Shown here one piece after another: positions 57,401 through 64,000 of a stretch of DNA of 64,000 nucleotides. Within the stretch, counting starts at the first letter, position 1. Each line of letters opens with the position of its first letter. The position numbers were made by a program, and so were the translations under genes. The notes under the pieces are model-generated. The model worked only from the letters and a program-made list of their open reading frames with translations, made no database searches and was not told where the DNA came from. This DNA is from Rubripirellula sp. (GTDB lineage: Bacteria > Planctomycetota > Planctomycetia > Pirellulales > Pirellulaceae), in NCBI GenBank assembly GCA_965216875.1, contig OZ244207.1:864001-928000 (forward strand), read 5' to 3'.

Positions 57401-60400
57401 CTTCAAAGGTGCCAGCGGGCAGGTTTTCGAAGACGTATCGCCCCAGCGTTCCGGCAAGGTCTTCGCTGTCAACGACAAGCGTGAATTCTTCAGCGTCGCC
57501 ATCAACGATTCCGTCGGCGCCTGTGTAAACCAGCGTGACTTCGATATCGGCAAGGCCAACGGTGCCGACGTTTTGAAGGCCGTCGCCGTCGTGGTCAAAC
57601 CAAACCAAGTCGCTGATCGTCGAAGAGCCGACGTAGCCGAGGTTTTGGTTGGCCGGATTCGCACCCGTGACATTGAAATCGACGATACCATCGGGAACGA
57701 TTCCGCCCGAGGTGGGTGTGAGTCCGACGGGCAGCCCCGCGATGCTCGTGACGCGGTAGTCACCATCGGCAAGGTTGTTGAATCCGTAGTTGCCCGATGC
57801 GTCCGTGATGGTGGTCACGACGTAGTTGTCGGCCGTGGTCGCAAAGTTTCCATCGGTTCCGGCGAAGGTCAGCTCGACGATGACGCCCCCGAGTCCTGGT
57901 TCGTTCGTTTCACCGTTGGTGTCGTTTGAATTGCGGTCAAGCCAAACCTGTCCTTGCATGGAACGCGTTCCCGCGAAACCGAAGTCGACGTCCGTTCGTG
58001 AGGCCGACCCGGCAAGCGTCAAGTTGGCAACGCCGTTCGCTGTGCCATCAACATCAAACGTAGCCACCGTACTCGACGGGAGGTCGGCGGTGTCGACGGT
58101 GACGCGGTAGTCGCCATCGGCCAGGTGGTCGAAGGAATACAAACCGCTGGCGTCGGTGTCGGTGGTGAAGACCAAGTCGTCGGCATTGCCAAAGACGCCG
58201 TCGTCACCGGCAAACTCGAGTGTGAGCGTGACGCCGGCCAAACCAGGTTCACCTCCGTCTTGGATTCCATCGTTGTCGACGTCAAGCCAAACGCGATCCG
58301 AAATCACTCCGTCGCCCGTGTAGCCAAAGTCGATGTCGTTGCGGTTTGCACCAGCGATCGAGAACTCGGCGGTGTCGGCGATCGCGTTGACCACGTCGTT
58401 GACTTCGAACGTCGATCGCATCGCATCGGGTAACGAGGCGGTGTCGACTGCAAGCCGGTACTCGCCGGCGGCAGCATTCGAAAAGCTGTACGCGCCGGCC
58501 GCACCCGTCGTGGTGGTGAAGGTCATGTCGTCGGCAGTCCCGAACGTGCCGTCCTGGCCGGCGAACGTGAGTGTCAAGTCGACGCCGACCAATCCTGGTT
58601 CGCCCAAGTCGTCGACGCCATTGTCGTTTCGATCGAACCAGGCTCGGTCGCCAATTGCACGCGTTCCCGCAAACGCAAAGTCGAGGCTGTTGTTGGCGGC
58701 ACCGGCGGCCAAGGTGATTTGTTCGGAGGCTCCGATTGCGCCGCCAACCCCGTCGGCAAGAATCGCGATGTCGGCGGGCAGGTCCGCGTCGCCGGTATCG
58801 ACGCTGACAACAAAGTTGCCGCCTGGTAGGAAGTCGAAAAGGTAACTCCCGAGCACGCCGCTCGTTGTCGACAGTGAAAACTCGCTTCCGTCGCCGTTGG
58901 CAATTCCATCGAGACCTAGGTAAGTGAGCGAGACGGTGATGTCCGTCAGTCCGCGGTCTTGGCCGGTTTGCAATCCATCGGCTTCGCCGTCGAGGTAAAC
59001 GAGGTCGCCGATTGAACTTGAACCGCGGAAGCCAAAGTTGACTGCCGAGTTTCCGCCGCCTGACAGTGAAAGCAGAGCGTTGTTGTCGGTCGAGCCGTCC
59101 AGTTCATGCGTTTGCGTTAGCCCCGTCGGTAGGTCGGACGCATCGATCGAAACGGCATAGTTTCCGTTTGCGAGCGAGCCGATGCTGTAGTTTCCGGCGG
59201 CATCGGTGGTTGTCGTGATCGTGACGTTGTCGCCGGTGGTGGCGAGGTTGTTGTCAAAGCCTGCCCACACGACGGTGACGTCGACGTCGCCCAAGCCCAC
59301 TTCGTTTCCATCGACGATCCCATCGGCATCAAGGTCAAGCCAAACGCGGCTTCCGATGGTTTGGTTGCCCGTCAAGCCGAAATCGATGTCGGTGCGAACC
59401 GCTGGGTCGATCGCGTTGATCCGCACGTGCGCGACGTTGTTCGCGAGAACGTTGAAGTCATCGGTCTCTTCGGTGATCACCGTCATGCCAGCGGGCAGGT
59501 CGGCGGTATCGAGCGTAATGTCATAGTCGCCATCAAACAGACCGTCGATTGACCAGATTCCGTTAACACCTGTCGTGACGTTGAAGGTCAGGTTGTCGGT
59601 CGTGGTTGCACGGTTACCGTCGGCGCCGTAGTAGACGATCGTCAAATCAACGTTCGCGATGCCGGGTTCGCCAGCATCCTGGACTCCGTCGCCATCGACG
59701 TCGTACCAGACGCGGTCGCCAATCGTGCGTGTTCCGACGTAGCCGAGGTCTTGGTCGTTGACATTTGCGCCGGCGATGGTGAAATCGACAATGCCATCGG
59801 GAATCGCGCCGCCACTGGTGGGCGAGGATCCGGCGGGTAGGTTGGCGATGGCGGTAACGCGGTAGTCACCATCGGCCAACGAGTTGAAGGTGTAGTTACC
59901 CAGGTTGTCGGTGATCGTGGTGAGCGTCAGGTCGTCGGCGCTGCCGAAGATGCCATCGGCACCGGCGTAGGTCAGTTCCACCGTGACGCCGCCAATTCCA
60001 GGTTCGTTGGGTTCGGCATTGACGTCGTTCGAGTTGCGGTCGATCCAGACTTGGCCGCTTGCCGATCGGATGCCTGTGTAGCCAAAGTCGATGTTGGTGC
60101 GGTCTTGGTCGGCAACCAAGGAAATCTCCGAGACTTCGGCAATCACGCCACCGATGTCGTCGCGATGGAACGTTTGAGTCAACGCACCCGGCAAACCCGA
60201 AACGGCAACGCGATAGTCGCCGGCGAACAGGTTCGTCAGCGCGTATTGGCCGTTGACGTCAGTCGTGTCGGTGACTTGCAAGTCGTCGAGGTTTCCGAAG
60301 ATGCCATCGGCACCGGCGAAGGTCACGGTCACCGTTGCTCCTTCGATGCCCGGTTCGCCTGCGTCTTGCACACCGTCATTGTCGTGGTCGTACCAAACGA

Positions 60401-63400
60401 AATCGCTAATCGTTCCGCCATCGGTTCCGCTGCCGCGATAACCAAAGTCGATGTCATCGCGGTTGGTGGCGCCGATGGTGAATGAACCGACGCCGTCGTC
60501 CGTTCCGTCGACGTCGTGGGTTGGGGTCGCGTCAACCGGCAGACCCGCGATCGCAGTGACGCTATAGCTGCCTTCGGCGAGTCGGGCGAAACTGTAGGAA
60601 CCGTCGGCGGCGGTCGTTGTGGTGGTCGTGTAAGCGCCATTGGGGCCAATCCGCGTCAGTTGCACGGTGACTCCGCCCAGGCCAGGTTCGCCGGCGTCTT
60701 GGATTCCGTCGCCATCGATGTCGAACCAAAGCGTGTCGCCAATGGAACGCTGGCCAACAAAGGCAAAGTCGATGTCGTCGGCAATGCGGTCGGCAGCATT
60801 GAGTGTCACGTTGACTGTGCCAAAGTTGCTGTCGCCAATGGTCACTTCGGCGATGCCATCGGGCAGGTCGGTGTCGGCGGTATCAACCGCGATGCGATAG
60901 TTGCCGTCGGGCAGGTTGGCAAAGGTGTACGTGCCGTCGGAGCCCGTTACGTCACTCCACGCCATGTCGTCGCTGGTTCCAAAGATGCCATCGTCGCCTG
61001 CGAACGAAATGTTGACGGTGATGTTGGCAAGTCCCGGTTCGGTGCCGGATTGAAAGACACCGTCACCATTCACGTCGAGCCAAAGTTGATTCCCGATCAA
61101 CCCGGCTCCGAGATATCCAAAGTCTTCGTTGGTGATGTCGGCGCCGCCGATGGTAAGAAGCGATTGGCTCGGCACGCCACCGTCGGGGTCGACGTTGTTG
61201 GTGACGCCTTCGGGCAAGTCGATGGTGTCGATGTCGACGTGGTAGTTGCCGTTGAAAAGCTCGGTAAACGAGTAATCGCCATTGCTGTCGGTCGTTGTCA
61301 TGAAGACTTGGTTGTCGCCGGCGGTGGCCAGGTTCCCGTCGGCACCCGCATAGGTCAACGTGACGGTGACGGCATCGAATCCATGTTCGGCAACGTCGTT
61401 GTCGCCAGCAGCATCACGGTCGAACCAAACGCGGCCGCTAAGATCCCAGAGTGCTTCGCCAAAATTGTTGCCGGTGTTGTCGACGCCGGTGACAAGTGTG
61501 ATGTTGCGAGCATTCGTGTCGGCCGCAGGACTGCTCGTGTATTGAGTCGGTTGGACTTGGCGAACCACATAGTCGCCCGCTGCAAGATTGCCAAAGGTGT
61601 ACAACCCGCTTGCCGCTGTCGTGGTGGTGGTGATCAGCGTCGTGCCGTCCGATTCGTACAGCTCAACCGTGATTCCGGCGATGCCCGGTTCGCCACCATC
61701 AAGCACTCCGTCGCGATCATCATCGCGGTAGACGGTCCCCGAAATCGAGGATCCGGATTCGGCAAAGTTGTAACCTGTGCCGTCGTCGTCACTCGTGACC
61801 ACGATCGCCGAGATCACGTCGTTGACGGCGGTGCTTCCACCGAGTGTTCCGGCCGTGTCGATGCCGTCGGTGTAAGCCGTCGGGTGCGTTTGGGTGATGA
61901 TGTACGTGCCCGGACGAAGGTTCACAAACGAATACGAACCGTCCGCGGCCGTGTTGACGATGATGGGTGTGATTGCGGCGCTGGAACCGTCGGCCAATTG
62001 CTGCGTGCCAGACAATGTCAGCGTGACGCCGGCGATGCCAACCTCAAGACCGTTCATCACTCCGTTGGCATCGAAGTCGTTAAAGACAGTTCCGGCGAGC
62101 GTTGCGGCAACGAGTTCACCGAACAGGTTGTCGGTGCTGTCTTCGTTGTCACTGAGGACGATGCCGGCGATCAGGTCGTTGGTGAGTGTGTTTGCGGCAG
62201 GGTCGCCGGCGGTGTCGCGTCCGTCGATGTGACCGACAGGTGCCACGATCTGCTGGACGCTGTACGTGCCGGGAAGCAGGCTGGTGAACTCATAGAAACC
62301 GGCTGCGTCGGTCGTGTCGATCACCGCCGTGATCGTGTCTCCTTCGAAAGTCGTTCCGGTCAGACGCACTTGTGAATTGGCGAGTCCTAGTTCCGCAACA
62401 TCTTTTACGCCATCGTTGTCGGCGTCGTGATAGACAAAGCCTGAGATGGATCCAGGCAGGTTGAAACCGAACCATTTGTCATCTTCGACTTCGCCATGCG
62501 AAAGGGTGAAGGCCCCAATTGCAAAATCGGTCGCGCTATCGACGCTGTTGTGGTCGTCTCGTTCGATGCCATCGAGGTAACCGGTCAAGTCGACATCGCC
62601 CGAGTCGACCGTGATCGTGTACGAGCCTGGTCGCAGGTCATCGAAAACGAACCGTCCGTTGGCATCGGTGGTGACGTTTTGCACCGCGCCAACGCTGCGA
62701 TCATCGGTGTAGGTGATGGTCACGGTGACATCTTGCAGGCCACCGGTGCCGTTGTAGTCGCCATCAAGGTCCGCATCGTGATGCACGTAACCCACGATTT
62801 GACCCTTGGCGATTTCACCAAAGTGATTGCCGGTCGAATCGGTTTCGGCGCCGGTCGCAAAGGTAAAGTTGATCGCATCGTGGACAGGTGCCGCCCCGGC
62901 GATCGTTGCAGCGGCGCCCGCGGTTTCTTCGCCATCCAAATGCGATGTCGGTTGTGTCTGGGTGACGGTGTAGGTGCCCGCGGCAAGTCCCGTGAACTCG
63001 TAGTAGCCGATCGGATCGGGGCCGGTTCCGTCCGCTGACACGATCACGACTGGCGTGATCGCGTTGCCGAGGTGGTCGGTTCCGGTCAACGTGAGCGTCA
63101 CGCCAGCGAGGCCAGTGTCGCCAGCATCGAAGGCGTCGCTCATGTCCGCGTCGAAGTAGACGTAACCGGCAATTGTGTTCTCACGCACCGAGAATGTGGC
63201 GGTGTCGTCCAGGTCCGTGTCGTCGACCGCATTGGTGTCGCCGTAGGTGCGTCCGCCGGGTTCGCCTGGGTGACCATCGGGCAAGGTGTTCGAAGTGGTG
63301 ATGGTGGCAAGGTTCGTGACATCGCCGCCGGGCGTCGCGCCATCGGCGACATTGACGGTGAAGGTGAACGTTGCGATTTCGCCCGCATCAAGTTGCCCCA

Positions 63401-64000
63401 TCTCGTAGGTCAACGTTCCGGTGGCAGCCACGTAGGTTGCCGCAAAATCGGCGGGGTAGTCGACGCCAGCAGTGCCAATGTTGACGCTCGTTCGATCAAA
63501 ACCGGCTGCCGACAAGATGTCTTCGATTTCAACTTGGTAGGCCGAAGCGTTGCCATTGTTGGTTGCGGTAAGGGTGACCGTGACCGTTTCGCCTGTGTCG
63601 ACGAGCGTTCGGTCAAACGATTTGGTCAGGCTCAAGTCGGGGGTGACGACTTCGGCTTCGACCGTTTGAAGGGTCGAGGTGTAGGTTGTTCCGTTGTTCG
63701 GATTTCGGACGGTGTACCAGCCATTGTTTTCGACGTGCTGTGGTGTCGCTGCCGAATCGTTTTGGTTTCCGGCGACATCGGCAACTCGGGCAATGACATC
63801 GATGACAATTTGGTCGTTGGGGTTGATCAATCCATCGGATGCATTGCTCAAGTCACCCAGGTCGGCGATGAAGGTGTCGTTGATCCCGTCGCCGTAGAGT
63901 GCGTCCGAGATCGTCAGTCGCACGTTGTTGGTGTCGGTGGCACCAGTGAAGTTGAGCGGCGAGCCACCGTTGTCGGCAAAGGTCAAGTTGGCGCCGATCG
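54447..64000 (-). CDS. Giant surface adhesin with 20 SdrD B-like repeats and DUF11-like domains (5' end outside window)
   Basis: At least 3,179 aa open; repeats I.G.VW.D.D.DG....E.G...V.V.L...TTT...G.Y.F..L..G.Y...DFG; PDL.....GxTV.Y DUF11-like modules at both ends. Confidence 0.93.
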   Translation of the reverse strand, partial: IGANLTFADNGGSPLNFTGATDTNNVRLTISDALYGDGINDTFIADLGDLSNASDGLINPNDQIVIDVIARVADVAGNQNDSAATPQHVENNGWYTVRNPNNGTTYTSTLQTVEAEVVTPDLSLTKSFDRTLVDTGETVTVTLTATNNGNASAYQVEIEDILSAAGFDRTSVNIGTAGVDYPADFAATYVAATGTLTYEMGQLDAGEIATFTFTVNVADGATPGGDVTNLATITTSNTLPDGHPGEPGGRTYGDTNAVDDTDLDDTATFSVRENTIAGYVYFDADMSDAFDAGDTGLAGVTLTLTGTDHLGNAITPVVIVSADGTGPDPIGYYEFTGLAAGTYTVTQTQPTSHLDGEETAGAAATIAGAAPVHDAINFTFATGAETDSTGNHFGEIAKGQIVGYVHHDADLDGDYNGTGGLQDVTVTITYTDDRSVGAVQNVTTDANGRFVFDDLRPGSYTITVDSGDVDLTGYLDGIERDDHNSVDSATDFAIGAFTLSHGEVEDDKWFGFNLPGSISGFVYHDADNDGVKDVAELGLANSQVRLTGTTFEGDTITAVIDTTDAAGFYEFTSLLPGTYSVQQIVAPVGHIDGRDTAGDPAANTLTNDLIAGIVLSDNEDSTDNLFGELVAATLAGTVFNDFDANGVMNGLEVGIAGVTLTLSGTQQLADGSSAAITPIIVNTAADGSYSFVNLRPGTYIITQTHPTAYTDGIDTAGTLGGSTAVNDVISAIVVTSDDDGTGYNFAESGSSISGTVYRDDDRDGVLDGGEPGIAGITVELYESDGTTLITTTTTAASGLYTFGNLAAGDYVVRQVQPTQYTSSPAADTNARNITLVTGVDNTGNNFGEALWDLSGRVWFDRDAAGDNDVAEHGFDAVTVTLTYAGADGNLATAGDNQVFMTTTDSNGDYSFTELFNGNYHVDIDTIDLPEGVTNNVDPDGGVPSQSLLTIGGADITNEDFGYLGAGLIGNQLWLDVNGDGVFQSGTEPGLANITVNISFAGDDGIFGTSDDMAWSDVTGSDGTYTFANLPDGNYRIAVDTADTDLPDGIAEVTIGDSNFGTVNVTLNAADRIADDIDFAFVGQRSIGDTLWFDIDGDGIQDAGEPGLGGVTVQLTRIGPNGAYTTTTTTAADGSYSFARLAEGSYSVTAIAGLPVDATPTHDVDGTDDGVGSFTIGATNRDDIDFGYRGSGTDGGTISDFVWYDHDNDGVQDAGEPGIEGATVTVTFAGADGIFGNLDDLQVTDTTDVNGQYALTNLFAGDYRVAVSGLPGALTQTFHRDDIGGVIAEVSEISLVADQDRTNIDFGYTGIRSASGQVWIDRNSNDVNAEPNEPGIGGVTVELTYAGADGIFGSADDLTLTTITDNLGNYTFNSLADGDYRVTAIANLPAGSSPTSGGAIPDGIVDFTIAGANVNDQDLGYVGTRTIGDRVWYDVDGDGVQDAGEPGIANVDLTIVYYGADGNRATTTDNLTFNVTTGVNGIWSIDGLFDGDYDITLDTADLPAGMTVITEETDDFNVLANNVAHVRINAIDPAVRTDIDFGLTGNQTIGSRVWLDLDADGIVDGNEVGLGDVDVTVVWAGFDNNLATTGDNVTITTTTDAAGNYSIGSLANGNYAVSIDASDLPTGLTQTHELDGSTDNNALLSLSGGGNSAVNFGFRGSSSIGDLVYLDGEADGLQTGQDRGLTDITVSLTYLGLDGIANGDGSEFSLSTTSGVLGSYLFDFLPGGNFVVSVDTGDADLPADIAILADGVGGAIGASEQITLAAGAANNSLDFAFAGTRAIGDRAWFDRNDNGVDDLGEPGLVGVDLTLTFAGQDGTFGTADDMTFTTTTGAAGAYSFSNAAAGEYRLAVDTASLPDAMRSTFEVNDVVNAIADTAEFSIAGANRNDIDFGYTGDGVISDRVWLDVDNDGIQDGGEPGLAGVTLTLEFAGDDGVFGNADDLVFTTDTDASGLYSFDHLADGDYRVTVDTADLPSSTVATFDVDGTANGVANLTLAGSASRTDVDFGFAGTRSMQGQVWLDRNSNDTNGETNEPGLGGVIVELTFAGTDGNFATTADNYVVTTITDASGNYGFNNLADGDYRVTSIAGLPVGLTPTSGGIVPDGIVDFNVTGANPANQNLGYVGSSTISDLVWFDHDGDGLQNVGTVGLADIEVTLVYTGADGIVDGDAEEFTLVVDSEDLAGTLGRYVFENLPAGTFEVSIDTADIDLPTGLTSFSSPQSVGASTLVNLGVGITNTTTDFGLRGTGSADGIVFFDGDANGVQAASNEDGFVGTTMTLQGAGQDGLFGTGDDVSLVVDTTAGGNFDFTGLFDGLYRVTVDTADVPDAPIQTYDIDGTLNSRGDFALTGTQNNVDFGYRGNGSISDRVWYDANANGTQDLGEVGIANQTVQVIFAGLDGTFGTGDDMTYTTTTNLTGNYSIANLLAGDYRVSVVAPPAGSINTAAPDDGVGVVADTAEVTLATSANRTDVDLGFTGTGSITGVLVYDVNDDGVENLGDRRQGGVEVTIDVDLDGDGNDDFTQTVTTAADGSYSFTNLFAGTHTITVDPATLPDSIGDKPTFDPNGHVATPDTAEVALGAGANVVGQDFGYHGSPDLSVTITDNVTVVGTGQAVTYTIDIENLGTSRASGSQLVVNLPTNVLENIASTDPTAVINVAAGTITFNIGNIPEGGMLTRTVTADVLGALDAGIDDVDVVATITDDGLHGVDDNLTNNANTDTDIVDAVPDLRTIVNRTPPVVEPGDSVVYDVTIHNDGDQEATGVEGKINIDITVIDPASVVFEDTLGNPIPPGSINFNPLTGDITWDAGAMVSGDSSTLIIRADVLDPVASLKTNFEIDVIACDDGTNGEDPTDDNDGPLDNNHAEAFTILNATPEFFVDIEIDAAPDHTFSPSDKISFTITAGNLGSQGGDNVEVITSLPMTLIDPSSIVLMDPAASFNATNGTIEWDLGTVAGRGTDIRTLTVMASIPIVTDDPLANLIEFTSIIFDDGANGPDLILSNNTDVDGRELLQYAFDSTNDFMQRTGFDDDIEWYAYREDPLRHTKPLPVDPIYSGLAEPGTTLVLRIYDDTGNVVGTRTVIADQGGNWIATFPGAVIWEHPHAMTAEAIGAIHTLGEDGQYNTRRYFQPALHPSMFFSPRPTVQSVMQDAPSQVLSSIHQANLRPLQFGLSSHSYDLNVISNSTAGK

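Overview
GC-rich bacterial chromosomal segment. The gene content (DUF1501 plus DUF1549/DUF1553 pair, PQQ-like propeller proteins, TIGR03000-like domain, Minf_1886-like protein, giant SdrD-B adhesin) points to a Planctomycete, probably Pirellulaceae (inference). It holds about 41 CDS and one tRNA-Arg(TCT): a partial sulfatase, msrB, pcp, thiS-thiG, a prenyltransferase-repeat/WD40/RicT-like/Minf_1886/methyltransferase cluster, a NupG-like permease, ltaE, a DUF1553-DUF1501-FAD oxidoreductase-esterase module, a 10-PAS sensor kinase with a FixJ-like regulator, a sigma54/NtrC-type ammonium transporter and a >3,100-aa adhesin. At least five families of REP-like palindromes are interspersed, often as mosaics. 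The strongest candidate for an undescribed system is the 33.7-43.6 kb locus. It encodes a 1,840-aa remodelled secretin-like protein (Ig-like N-terminus, coiled-coil insertion in N3, about 550-aa insertion at the cap position) co-oriented with two exported proteins, a lipoprotein and two small Cys-containing paralogs. An A9 tract could fuse the lipoprotein to the first paralog. All family calls come from motif recognition by eye; no searches were run.
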